A stretch of 64,000 bases of DNA, from positions 10,598,587 through 10,662,586 of the forward strand of contig CM120648.1 in the NCBI GenBank assembly GCA_051362555.1. The letters are read 5' to 3'. How positions within the stretch are numbered: the stretch's first letter is position 1; each line of letters begins with the position of its first letter. Below, piece after piece: positions 38,545 through 51,788 of this stretch. The stretch is from Lingula anatina. Taxonomy: Eukaryota > Animalia > Brachiopoda. The translations under genes were made by a program, and so were the position numbers. Below the pieces are notes generated by a model, which made no database searches, was not told where the DNA came from, and worked only from the letters and a program-made list of their open reading frames with translations.

Positions 38545-39330
38545 TAGTTCTATGGGTTGTGTGCAAAGTGCATGTATTTTGCTCAAACGCACCAAAGGCA
38601 TGCAACTTATCGGGGCGTCCGCTCAGTAACTAACGTACTTTCTGTTCTGTTATATCTAAGACTATAAAATAGGCCTGTGCAGTAGAACTTGGAGTAGAAG
38701 AATGGGGGAATCAACAGTGTTTTGAACTATGAGGACATTTGATGAACCTCTTAGGATCGGGTTAACGTTATTTTATGATCCTTTGACCTGCACATAGGAA
38801 CTACAGTATATAAATGGCGTCCTACTTTTCTACCCAAGCTGACAGGTTGTATGCCATGCATGATTTAAAGAAGAAATCGTTTTAAAATAACTCATCAATT
38901 TACAGGCATGTACAGCTGCTGTGAACGTCATCTAGATTTACTTGTACTTTTAATATCTTAACCAGACAGAGTGCATGAATAAGGTATTCACGTTGAGGAG
39001 ACATTCAAAACAAATACTACCGGATCTCCTACTACGTGGTTTGAAGTCTGTTGGGATTATATACAGTTGCATTGTATACAACGGTTCAAGTATATGCGGA
39101 ATATCAACACGTCTATGTTTTATAAGTTAATTATGACTACGTTGTGATAGTAGAGAGCAGGGAGATCCAAAGTGAGAGGTTAGTTGAAAACTGTGTGTCT
39201 TTAGTATGAATGATGATTGAAAGGATTTCGAACTTAACGTAGTAATTAGTGAAGAGAATGCAGGGTTATCTGTGTGGTCCCGAGACCTCCATGACCAAAT
39301 GTACACACCACTCTTTTTATCTAACATTTA
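38545..39330 (+). pseudogene. Family B pseudogene copy 2 (US22/SUKH-like candidate)
   Basis: Frameshifted reading: MQLIG..NVLSVLLYL..RPVQ..ESTVF.TMRTFDEPLRIGLTLFYD..GIHVEETF..FEVCWDYIQLHCIQRFKYMRNI..YDYVVIVESREIQSERLVEN..KDFELNVVISEENAGLSVWSRDLHDQM. Confidence 0.6.
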
Positions 39331-39749
39331 ATTTGTAGATCACAATTTTGCCAAGGGCGTTTGATATTGCGTACCATTAATTTTATTGAAAAAAAAATTA
39401 CATGTAATATCTCGAATGTGAACAACGTATAAGGGTTCAATTTCAATTGTATGTCGTAAATCGTTTGTATCTTGCCATAGGTATATATATAATATGTACT
39501 ATTATAGTTACAGTCCAGAAATATTGATGCAGTTTTATTTCATTTCTGCGACCTTAAATTATTTAAATCATGTCATTCACGGTGCAAGAAGAAATAAATT
39601 AGGAGCCCCGATCACTTCCAAGCGTATACTATGAAATATAAACTTTTAAATTAATGATTAGCCCATCTACCTTTTAGAATTTGCTTCTTATGCATCAGGA
39701 AAATAGCTTTTAATTTTACTAATTTATACAATGTTTATAAACCAGGTAT

Positions 39750-41340
39750 TCTATTTTATTCTGTCCCCACTACAATGTTTCAAATAGTTTAAACTACAGA
39801 CATAGTTTAGAGAACAAATCACTATATACAATACACTTATCATCAAAATCGAATATGAACTTCGTAAAAGTAAGCATTCATTGACCTTTACAATGTACAT
39901 TAATCAATACGTATGCTATACCGCCTTCACATCGTAATACACATGTTGAAAATTAACATATAGGAACAATAAAACATTTATTAATTAAAGATACATTATT
40001 ATATTCAATAGAAATTCATTCCACCTCACACACCTCCAAATATTTGTTTTCAACAAGTAAAAAAGCATTTTTACTATTGAGGCAAAATATACCAATTCAT
40101 TAGGGTTTTGGAGAATACATGTGCATGTACATGTATATGCCATACATGTATCTCAAATGCAAAGTCTAAAACTGTCTAGAGAAATCAGTGTTCTTGGACC
40201 ATGGTACAAAATTCTGTAACTTTTTTGTCACGTATGAGTAGTACAGACGTCACACGTTAGTCATTTATATATGAGTTTATCAACAGTATATATGCATTCG
40301 CAAATATTGTATTGCTGACCACATATTTAGCTCCAATTGCTACGTGTACGCTGGCAGCAGTATACCAAGAAACTCTCTCTCTGTCGTCCCCGTACACTTC
40401 ACAATCAGCAGTTTTTAACGAAGCTAACATTCTTTCCCTCCACGACAGTCAATTAAACGCATGTGCGAAATTGACACTGACTATGGGGCATGGTAATCAG
40501 GTCATAATCGTTACTATAATAGTGTTTAACGACACCTTTTTTGCGTGTGAATGTATGACAACAAAGTTGCACGAGTCCATGCCCAACGATCAGGACATAT
40601 CTATATTAAAAAATAAATCCAGGATTTAATTAAGTCATGTCCTAGACCCCTTTTTATCAAATGTCTGCTATTCTTTACACCTGATTAAAATCATATATAG
40701 GTGCTTCTTTAGAACCAGCTTACTTAAACGTTGAACATTGGATGTGGTCAGAGTTAGATCTTACAATAGAATCTTACAATCTACATGGTTATACGTTACA
40801 CTAAGCCCACTTTAATTTTCATTTATCCATTTAGTAAAGTGTTATGTGCAAAAATCTCCTTGCCCTTCGGGCTAACAAGAAACTTGTTGAGTTTTTTTTT
40901 CTCTATCAATTTTAAAAGCTAAACTAAAATTTTGCTAACTGTCCATTATTTTCCCCATTAGATATTCTAAAAAACATACCATTTAATTCATTCGTTTTGA
41001 TACCCAACTTATCATAAAATCCACAACTTTCTCCTACATAGCTTTTCCATTTAAAAACCATATATACACTGTATACATGTATATATATAATACCGTTCAT
41101 GTTCAAGTAATTATTATTATTATTATTATTATTATTATTTAATTTAAGAACAGTATTTCCTCATGTATAGTATTCGTGTGCTCCAGCTGAACAGGATAAG
41201 GGGAATAACCCAGAGTCGATACAGTGTATTATATTGTCGTATTCCTGCGCTTAGCTGTGACCTGTGATTCTTTAGACTACCTCACTTAATTATATGTCTC
41301 ACAGCTCAAAGGTAAAACAATTGCTACCATTTAATTACAC
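39750..41340 (-). pseudogene. Relic CARD-like locus with nearly all of the CDS deleted
   Basis: 39750-40380 parallels the copy 3 3' flank (about 9005-9790); 40385-40410 resembles the CDS end; (ATT)n at about 41110; kB-like GGGGAATAACCC at about 41200; donor/first-exon relic at about 41275-41340. Confidence 0.55.
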
Positions 41341-42756
41341 GAAATCAGCTGCAGCGTCAGGTACGTAAAGTAGTACATTCACAGGTAAGTTTGCCTTTTT
41401 ACCTGCAGGTCAAGGTCGCTATCGCTTACCTTCTAATTGACCTATAAAGCAACTTTGGGAGACTGCATGCGTGAACGTTATCTAATATTACCCGGTACCC
41501 TTGGCCAAAAAAGTTTGGCAACAATAAATAGACATCTTAAATCGCCCCTTGGGCGGACGATTATATATAATGTGTGTCAATTTATTATTCCCTGGACAAT
41601 CAGCGTTAGAACCATGAGACGTTGTGGTCTATAGGCCACTTAACATGGAGGTTCACGCTAAATTGTTATCAGCTGAAGAGGCTTCAATTAACTTGTCAGT
41701 TTTCCCCGTAAATTTAGCAACAGATGTCGATGTTATAATTCAGGGCTCGACATACTTGTACCTGCGGGCATTGCATGCTAGCAAACACAAGAGATTTTCG
41801 TCTGGGTCAGTTGAGTAGCGCATCCGTGTAATATTCGAAATAAATATATTCATACAACCCCACCATTAAATTGATTAAGGGATAAGAACTCTTCGTATGA
41901 AATATATATTTCACAATAAAAACATTGTGAACAACTCATAGAAACATAATATATTCTGTAAGAATCGGATAAACGATTTCTTGTTTATTTTGATTAATGT
42001 AGACTTAAGCGGCCCATTTGCGTGATCTTTTATGTGAGGAGATATGATTGCGAGGAGAATTGATTGACACTTCAACAGCGTGGCTGTTTTGTAGTTAGCA
42101 TTCTGTAGAAATAGACATTTTTGCGACACTCCTTTTATGACAGTTCAGACACCTCATAGTATAATGACGTCAAGTTACATGTAGATGTTCAGTGATTTTG
42201 TTAGAGGAAATTCAGCTTTCCAGGATAAAAAGGAATAATTGACATCCACGAAAGCCAGCAATGTGAGTTTTTATGATTGTTCTGTTGTATAGGTTAAACT
42301 TTCTTAATGCAGTTAAAATTGTTTGTAAGACTTTGTTTTAAGAAGACTTATTTATGTTCCTTCTTGTTTGTGTTCGTTTTAGTCAGAACCATTGGACTAC
42401 AAGTACTGATGCGTATCTGATGCTGGTTATACTAAAATAAACATACAGAATATTTAACCAAGACTTTATTGTTTTAACTTAAGATCCGCGGGAACTTACA
42501 TATTCTGTTTTGCCACAAAAGCGTTATAGCTATTATTCTGATATCTGAGCTTGTTTTTAGGGATTATAACAAAAAATCAAACTTTTTTTAGAACAAAAAA
42601 CAGGAACTAACTTTGAATGTAAAATGTATTCATTAACTATTGGTAAGTAAAATTGATGTTTTCTCTAGGAAAATTCATTTTTTGGCCCAAACGAAGAGCT
42701 AAATTATCCTTTTAAGGATCGAGATAAATCAACTAGCATCTTATTTTCATTCCGTT

Positions 42757-43805
42757 CGGGCTGCATTTTTTCTTTCCGCTTTTGTCAGCTGTGTGTATGT
42801 GTAAGTGTGTGTTTCAACAATAGCAAACATTATGCCCCCATATAATACACATATTGATCGGGGTTGATTTTTGCATTTATATCACTAAAAGGTCATGCAC
42901 CTCTGTCTTTCTTTCTTTTTTTTTTCTTTCCGCTTTTGTCAGCTGTGTGTATGCGTAAGTGTGTGTTTCAACAATAGCAAACATTATGCCACATATAACA
43001 CACATATTGATCGCGGTTGATTTTTGCATTCATATCACTAAAAGGTCATGCACCTCTGCCACAGGAACTATGGGGTGTATAAATAAAGTGTTTACACAGC
43101 GTAGCGCATATCTTTTGCTCAGGCGCAACAGACGCCTGCAGGTTATAAAATGTCTGCTCAGTAACTAACGTACTTTAGGTTTTGTTATTCCTAAGTTTAT
43201 TAAATAGGCCTGTGCAGTGAAACTGGGAGTTGCAAAATGGTGAAATCCACAGTGTTTTGGACTTTGAGGACATTATATGGATTTTTTAGGACTGGGATTA
43301 ATGTTATCTTGTGATTATTTGACCTGCGCAGGATTGCAAATGACGTCCCAGTTTTTACCAAGCCGATAGGGTGTGTGCCATGCAGAATTATATGAAACGT
43401 CATCTAGATTTAATTTTGACTAAAATGACTTAACCAGACAGACAAGACATCATGATGAAGGTATTCACGTTGAGGGGGCATTTCAAAACAAATACGGATT
43501 CCCTTCTACGAAAGTTGAAGTCTGTTGGGATTATATACAGTGTTACTGTATACAGCGGTTCAAGTATAGTATATGCGGAATTCCGACTACGTTGTGATGG
43601 TAGAGAGCAGGGGGATCCAATGTGAGAGGTTAGTTGAAAACTGTGTGCCTTTAGGAGATTGGAAAGATTTCGAACTTAACGTAGTGAATGAAAAGAATGC
43701 AGGGTTTTCTGTTTGGTCCCAAGACCTCCATGCCCAAATGTACACATCATTCGATCTGCGTGGTATTTTTATCCAGCATTCCTTATGTGACTACCCATTA
43801 AATAT
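42757..43805 (+). pseudogene. Family B pseudogene copy 3 (best preserved)
   Basis: RLQVI..VLLFLSLLNRPVQ.NW..KSTVFWTLRTLYGFLGLGLMLSCDYL..HDEGIHVEGAFQNKYGFPSTKVEVCWDYIQCYCIQRFKY..DYVVMVESRGIQCERLVENCVPLGDWKDFELNVVNEKNAGFSVWSQDLHAQMYTSFDLRG. Contains a ~150-bp local duplication at its 5' end. Confidence 0.6.
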
Positions 43806-44192
43806 AGACAATTCCCACAATTCCCACATAAAGACAATTAATTCAATTGGGTACACTCTTGTACTGGTTAGCATGGGAGGGAGTATAAATAAATAGAAGT
43901 TTGCAAATAGGTCGATTAAGGGTAAAATTATACTGATATATAGCGCTGCAACTTTTTTACTTCTGCTGAGCCGTATGACCCAGCTCCTCAAGCACAATAA
44001 AGGTAAACTAAACCTTATATGATGTCTGGCCCAAGTCAAAGGAAAGTGGTCTTAAATTATTGTTTCTTTTTTTTAAATGAAAACGGATCTTTTACGATGA
44101 TTCTTGAACATGCTCTGCTCTGTATGTCAGGGAACGTAAGCAAGTTTAGGTATTTAGTAAGTAAAAGAGGGACAAATGGGAATCAGTTCGAC

Positions 44193-47100
44193 CATGGACC
44201 TAACTAGAGAAGGACAAGAAACGCGGCATCTTCCTTTGAAGCTATGTGCGTTCGGGTAAACATTCGCCTATTGTCTCACATAATCTGTTTTGATAGCTCC
44301 ACGGGCGTCTGAACAGCTTATTATCAAGGTAGCGCGCGCTGTGCTTCAGTGCATTTCTATTGTTTCTCTGCATTGATAACGCAATTTCTCGCAGTCCCTC
44401 GTGGTTGCTATGATACAGCATTGCCGCCATCTTGCAGTTGCGAGCACACAGGTTTCCGTCAACAGGTGGAAATTTATTGAGGGGTTTTCGGCATTTTTCC
44501 CCGTTACCTCATAAAAACGGGGTGTGAAGTTTGTCTTCAATACCTGCTGCCTTTCCCTGTCCGTGAGGTAGTCTCTGACAGGACAGGAATACGCACCCAA
44601 CGACCGGAAATCTCATTCCTACATGTACCAGTAGCTGTGACACCCCGGAAGATCAATCAAATTTACACAAGAACTGACTGCTGGTGAATCAGACAAATTA
44701 AAAATGGACCTTTTTAGCATGTTTGTGAAATTATATATTACCATTAGGGGCCACTCATTTCGCAGACAGCTTAAAGAAAAGTACCAAGAATCTGTGTCTG
44801 CATCTACGAAAGAAAAAGGATTGAGAAAGTCTCTCAAAAGGAAGAGTAGAATTACAGCTTGAATTATTACCTAGATTTTCAACGAACAGACAGTATAATC
44901 TTGTGCATTTATAACATTTGGGTTTTTTCACTTAGCAATTAAGATCTTAATTAGAAATTTCATCTAGGTTTACATTAATTTTAATTAGTTATTTAAAAGT
45001 CAGATTTGTCGTATTTGTTTGGTAGAAAATAATACACCAGGTACCAAAATATGGCTTTCTGTTTTCAGTAACTGAAAAGCAGTCATAATTCAAGAACTTA
45101 TTATAAGTATAATATTTGGTTTTTCAGTCAGCAACTATCTTTCATTTATATTTCGTTTTATTTTTCATTAAAAGTTACCCGTTTACAATATGAGATTAAT
45201 TTCACCAATACTGATCTTATGGTAATAAAAAATGCATATATTTGACATAAAAAATCTTCTTTTTATTTCTTTTCACTTCCTTTTTTTTACACAACTTAAT
45301 ATATCATAATAATAAAAGATTTGACAAATAAGACGCATTTCACTGCAAGAGGGTCAAAGTCAAATGTGAGTATGAATTTTATCAGGATCAGATTTTTTAA
45401 ACCTGTAGTTAGTGTATTCTGAGGTAATTGAATATGCAATTTCAATCAAGCAAGAAAAAACTGTCTAAACATATAATCCATGTTTTTTACATTTCATTTT
45501 TTTTTCATTATAAGATAGCAAATATAAAACAACTTGAGTACATTCCAATATTTATTATTAAAAAAGTAAACATTAAAAATGCTTGTTACAAAGCTAGTGA
45601 TGATGAATATACAATACATGTGAAGTTTTCTTGTCTTGTCTTTTTTTTGTGAAAGTCATGTTGGAGTTCTTAAAACTTATTCATAAAAGGTATAAACTAA
45701 TTTCTTATTGACCTATGTGAATTATTGTCCAAATGTTTAATTAGTGCGTCTCCTCTTGGGCAATGGTGCATTGTCTTATTTTAACTTTCCGGCATCTTGT
45801 GAAGAGAATCTGGAAGAGAATAAGAATGTTTTTATCACAAACTACTATAAATGAAAATTGCCTTTTTTACTTCTACTTGGACATTTGAGCCACAGGTTAG
45901 CCTTATCAAATGCATCTCAAGATTCTACCTATCAGGTAGATTTTCCCTATAGTTAAATTTACTTCCCTTGTTAGGCATGGACTTTCTAGATCATTATCAG
46001 CCAGGTAACTAAACCGTCTGGCCCTTTGTTGATTTGATAAAGCCAGCTAGGTGCTATCTAAAGGCATGTCTCAGGATTATTTCAAAGATTTCAAGCACCT
46101 GATAACAAGATAATGCAATGTAGCAAGGCAATTACAGAGGTGAGACTCTTATCACAAATGTGATCAAGATCTACTTTTATGACCATTACCTAAATAAATA
46201 TAATCATGAACTTTGCATGTGTACATGTCCACATATACACTTTCACTATAAGACCAATGAGGGTGTTTGTCAATCGTCTTTATTCTGTTTAGGGAATCCA
46301 ATTTAAAAATGAAAAACTATTAATTATCATTCTCAAACTGGAGCAGACTTTAGCCGGTCATGTGAATATACATATATATATGAATATAGTGTTAATGTCA
46401 ACTTTGATAAAAGGATATTTAAAGAATCACAGGTGCGTTTTTGTGTGTCAGAATTGCATGGGTGGTGCCATATTGCAATGATAGCCCATATTGAGAGTTA
46501 AAAAAATAATAATTATCATTCTCAGACCGGAGATGACTGTAGCCGGTAATGTGTAAATATATATATACTTCAGAGCAGTGTTAATGTCAACTTTGATAAA
46601 AGGATATTAAAAGAATCACAGGTGCGTTTTTGTGTGTCAGAATTGCATGTGTGGTGCCATATTGCAATGATAGCCCATATTGAGAGTTAAAAAATAATAA
46701 TTATCATTCTCAGACCGGAGATGACTGTAGCCGGTAATGTGTAAATATATATATACTTCAGAGCAGTGTTAATGTCAACTTTGATAAAAGGATATTAAAA
46801 GGATCACAGGTGCGTTTTTGTGTGTCACAATTGCATGTGTGGTGCCATGTTGCAACGAGAGCCCATATTAAGAGTTAAAAATATTAATTATCATTCCATA
46901 ATTCGGGCTCACTTCAGCAAGTAACATAAACCTATACATATAGTACACAGCGGTGTTGATGCCACCTTTATCTAAACCGTACGTAAAAAATACCAGACCT
47001 AAAACGATGTCGGCGAGTCGAATAAATCGCAGAGGAATTGCGTCATTTTAATTCAAAACACGATTTGAGGTTAAATTATTGCCGCATCTAAGGCTAATTC

Positions 47101-47544
47101 TTTACAAAGAGGTAAAATTTCGAGACTAGAAATATTTTTCTATCGGATCATAGCTAAAGACAAGTATTCGACACTGCAGTTGTACAATTTTAAACACTCA
47201 TTTTACAGCAACAAACACGATTGCCTTCACCATATTGGGCATTTTGAATTCCTCCATGAACAAACATATCCTTATTCTCATCTAGCATCCAAAATAGCAA
47301 AAGAAATTGTACTTACATTTTATCTCTATAAGTGTCTTGACTCATCCACCCGAACGTTTTCCTCGCGTTATCACCAGCTACCTGTTCAAATGACACAAAA
47401 AGTCATCAACAGCCGCGATATGCTCGCTACCTGTACGGGAGGTCACGTGATCCGAACGCACATCGTTTCGCGAAGGTCTCGCGCTAAAACGATTATCCTT
47501 TGATCTTTCTCCGCGTTACTTGTCCTTCTCTAGTTAGGTCCATG
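44193..47544. mobile_element. P-element-like non-autonomous DNA transposon, copy A (3352 bp)
   Basis: TIR CATGGACCTAACTAGAGAAGGACAAG(A/T)AACGCGG; 7-bp duplication GTTCGAC. CA termini with a 7-bp TSD fit the P superfamily. Confidence 0.8.
46320..46900. repeat. About 188-bp tandem repeat (three copies plus a partial) inside the P-like element
   Basis: TTATCATTCTCAGACCGGAG-like starts at 46324, 46513, 46701 and 46888. Same array at about 50490-51070. Confidence 0.9.
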
Positions 47545-47554
47545 GTTCGACCAA

Positions 47555-47856
47555 CAGTTAAACAATGTCAATATGACAGGCACAGACTGGTGGCGTAAAA
47601 ATAACATTAGATAATTTCATATCCATATTAGTTTGAGTATGCAAAGTAACTGCACTTGGGAGTCGAGACGTTGTTAATGCATGCTTATAGTCCCACCTAC
47701 CACAGATAAAGCCTGCATGTGTAAACATATAGTGTAAATAATTCCGAATGTTCACAGATGCATGCGCAAATGCAGTGTTTACTAGTTATAGTTTGCGAAT
47801 AAACAATTTGATATATGTTAAACCTACCTCATTCACTTCTGTGTGTAGCTCTTTTT
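47555..47856 (-). pseudogene. Orphan intron/first-exon module of the CARD-like family
   Basis: TAACTGCAC...CTAGTT...TATGTTAAACCTACC parallels 880-1130. Confidence 0.4.
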
Positions 47857-48359
47857 ATTAACCTTTTTCATCTTTTGCGGAAATACGAAGTGCGCATGAG
47901 GGGACGCGCGCCACAGGGGTCATGGTAGCTCCTCTGCTGTTTTTAGCATGACAATGCTAGGTGTAGATGATGTACAAGGTGCGCATATAAAAAGGTCGTT
48001 CGAAGCGTGCACTGCTTTCTGTCAAACTAAAAAGGTGGCTGAAGCACAGAAATGCGTAAACTGTAGGCAAGACAACAGCTATTTGGAAGGAGAATCAAGC
48101 AATTAAATATTTTCTTTCTCAGTTTAAATACGATGCGCTGTACAACTAGACTTCACCTAAGCGTCCGAGCCTTGGCTGCACTTTCAATAGTGATGATGAA
48201 CTAAAGCTTCAGAGTTCTTTTAAATGCTTCCGATAATAAAGATATGCGCACGAGACTCGTTATTTTTTTATATATAAATTATTATTATTATTATTATTAT
48301 TGTTGTTATCATTTATTTATTTATTTTTATTGTGATAATAGGTCTAGATTGTACTTAAT

Positions 48360-51300
48360 CATGGACCTAACTAGAGAAGGACAAGAAACGCGGCATCTTC
48401 CTTTGAAGCTATGTGCGTTCGGGTAAACATTCGCCTATTGTCTCACATAATCTGTTTTGATAGCTCCACGGGCGTCTGAACAGCTTATTATCAAGGTAGC
48501 GCGCGCTGTGCTTCAGTGCATTTCTATTGTTTCTCTGCATTGATAACGCAATTTCTCGCAGTCCCTCGTGGTTGCTATGATACAGCATTGCCGCCATCTT
48601 GCAGTTGCGAGCACACAGGTTTCCGTCAACAGGTGGAAATTTATTGAGGGGTTTTCGGCATTTTTCCCCGTTACCTCATAAAAACGGGGTGTGAAGTTTG
48701 TCTTCAATACCTGCTGCCTTTCCCTGTCCGTGAGGTAGTCTCTGACAGGACAGGAATACGCACCCAACGACCGGAAATCTCATTCCTACATGTACCAGTA
48801 GCTGTGACACCCCGGAAGATCAATCAAATTTACACAAGAACTGACTGCTGGTGAATCAGACAAATTAAAAATGGACCTTTTTAGCATGTTTGTGAAATTA
48901 TATATTACCATTAGGGGCCACTCATTTCGCAGACAGCTTAAAGAAAAGTACCAAGAATCTGTGTCTGCATCTACGAAAGAAAAAGGATTGAGAAAGTCTC
49001 TCAAAAGGAAGAGTAGAATTACAGCTTGAATTATTACCTAGATTTTCAACGAACAGACAGTATAATCTTGTGCATTTATAACATTTGGGTTTTTTCACTT
49101 AGCAATTAAGATCTTAATTAGAAATTTCATCTAGGTTTACATTAATTTTAATTAGTTATTTAAAAGTCAGATTTGTCGTATTTGTTTGGTAGAAAATAAT
49201 ACACCAGGTACCAAAATATGGCTTTCTGTTTTCAGTAACTGAAAAGCAGTCATAATTCAAGAACTTATTATAAGTATAATATTTGGTTTTTCAGTCAGCA
49301 ACTATCTTTCATTTATATTTCGTTTTATTTTTCATTAAAAGTTACCCGTTTACAATATGAGATTAATTTCACCAATACTGATCTTATGGTAATAAAAAAT
49401 GCATATATTTGACATAAAAAATCTTCTTTTTATTTCTTTTCACTTCCTTTTTTTTACACAACTTAATATATCATAATAATAAAAGATTTGACAAATAAGA
49501 CGCATTTCACTGCAAGAGGGTCAAAGTCAAATGTGAGTATGAATTTTATCAGGATCAGATTTTTTAAACCTGTAGTTAGTGTATTCTGAGGTAATTGAAT
49601 ATGCAATTTCAATCAAGCAAGAAAAAACTGTCTAAACATATAATCCATGTTTTTTACATTTCATTTTTTTTTCATTATAAGATAGCAAATATAAAACAAC
49701 TTGAGTACATTCCAATATTTATTATTAAAAAAGTAAACATTAAAAATGCTTGTTACAAAGCTAGTGATGATGAATATACAATACATGTGCAGTTTTCTTG
49801 TCTTGTCTTTTTTTTGTGAAAGTCATGTTGGAGTTCTTAAAACTTATTCATAAAAGGTATAAACTAATTTCTTATTGACCTATGTGAATTATTGTCCAAA
49901 TGTTTAATTAGTGCGTCTCCTCTTGGGCAATGGTGCATTGTCTTATTTTAACTTTCCGGCATCTTGTGAAGAGAATCTGGAAGAGAATAAGAATGTTTTT
50001 ATCACAAACTACTATAAATGAAAATTGCCTTTTTTACTTCTACTTGGACATTTGAGCCACAGGTTAGCCTTATCAAATGCATCTCAAGATTCTACCTATC
50101 AGGTAGATTTTCCCTATAGTTAAATTTACTTCCCTTGTTAGGCATGGACTTTCTAGATCATTATCAGCCAGGTAACTAAACCGTCTGGCCCTTTGTTGAT
50201 TTGATAAAGCCAGCTAGGTGCTATCTAAAGGCATGTCTCAGGATTATTTCAAAGATTTCAAGCACCTGATAACAAGATAATGCAATGTAGCAAGGCAATT
50301 ACAGAGGTGAGACTCTTATCACAAATGTGATCAAGATCTACTTTTATGACCATTACCTAAATAAATATAATCATGAACTTTGCATGTGTACATGTCCACA
50401 TATACACTTTCACTATAAGACCAATGAGGGTGTTTGTCAATCGTCTTTATTCTGTTTAGGGAATCCAATTTAAAAATGAAAAACTATTAATTATCATTCT
50501 CAAACTGGAGCAGACTTTAGCCGGTCATGTGAATATACATATATATATGAATATAGTGTTAATGTCAACTTTGATAAAAGGATATTTAAAGAATCACAGG
50601 TGCGTTTTTGTGTGTCAGAATTGCATGGGTGGTGCCATATTGCAATGATAGCCCATATTGAGAGTTAAAAAAATAATAATTATCATTCTCAGACCGGAGA
50701 TGACTGTAGCCGGTAATGTGTAAATATATATATACTTCAGAGCAGTGTTAATGTCAACTTTGATAAAAGGATATTAAAAGAATCACAGGTGCGTTTTTGT
50801 GTGTCAGAATTGCATGTGTGGTGCCATATTGCAATGATAGCCCATATTGAGAGTAAAAAAAATAATAATTATCATTCTCAGACCGGAGATGACTGTAGCC
50901 GGTAATGTGTAAATATATATATACTTCAGAGCAGTGTTAATGTCAACTTTGATAAAAGGATATTAAAAGGATCACAGGTGCGTTTTTGTGTGTCACAATT
51001 GCATGTGTGGTGCCATGTTGCAACGAGAGCCCATATTAAGAGTTAAAAATATTAATTATCATTCCATAATTCGGGCTCACTTCAGCAAGTAACATAAACC
51101 TATACATATAGTACACAGCGGTGTTGATGCCACCTTTATCTAAACCGTACGTAAAAAATACCAGACCTAAAACGATGTCGGCGAGTCGAATAAATCGCAG
51201 AGGAATTGCGTCATTTTAATTCAAAACACGATTTGAGGTTAAATTATTGCCGCATCTAAGGCTAATTCTTTACAAAGAGGTAAAATTTCGAGACTAGAAA

Positions 51301-51712
51301 TATTTTTCTATCGGATCATAGCTAAAGACAAGTATTCGACACTGCAGTTGTACAATTTTAAACACTCATTTTACAGCAACAAACACGATTGCCTTCACCA
51401 TATTGGGCATTTTGAATTCCTCCATGAACAAACATATCCTTATTCTCATCTAGCATCCAAAATAGCAAAAGAAATTGTACTTACATTTTATCTCTATAAG
51501 TGTCTTGACTCATCCACCCGAACGTTTTCCTCGCGTTATCACCAGCTACCTGTTCAAATGACACAAAAAGTCATCAACAGCCGCGATATGCTCGCTACCT
51601 GTACGGGAGGTCACGTGATCCGAACGCACATCGTTTCGCGAAGGTCTCGCGCTAAAACGATTATCCTTTGATCTTTCTCCGCGTTACTTGTCCTTCTCTA
51701 GTTAGGTCCATG
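48360..51712. mobile_element. P-element-like transposon, copy B (3353 bp)
   Basis: Same TIR as copy A, different 7-bp duplication ACTTAAT; almost identical to copy A. Confidence 0.8.
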
Positions 51713-51717
51713 ACTTA

Positions 51718-51720
<3 letters not shown>

Positions 51721-51787
<67 letters not shown>
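51721..51787. repeat. (TA)n microsatellite
   Basis: Direct reading; a similar tract lies at about 54365-54435. Confidence 0.95.

Positions 51788-51788
<1 letters not shown>

Noticed and set aside
37767-43403. Minus-strand reading of family B as dUTPase-like (LTLDLPA..YIIPTDF, ORF 43200-43403)
   Set aside because: No dUTPase catalytic motifs. The plus-strand reading is more consistent across five copies, though a formal strand test is still needed.
46320-46900. CRISPR-like array (also 7400-8160)
   Set aside because: Whole units repeat with no unique spacers, there are no cas genes, and the context is eukaryotic.
44242-47503. Short ORFs repeated identically at 48409-51671
   Set aside because: Identity reflects recent transposon duplication rather than protein conservation; no recognisable motifs.
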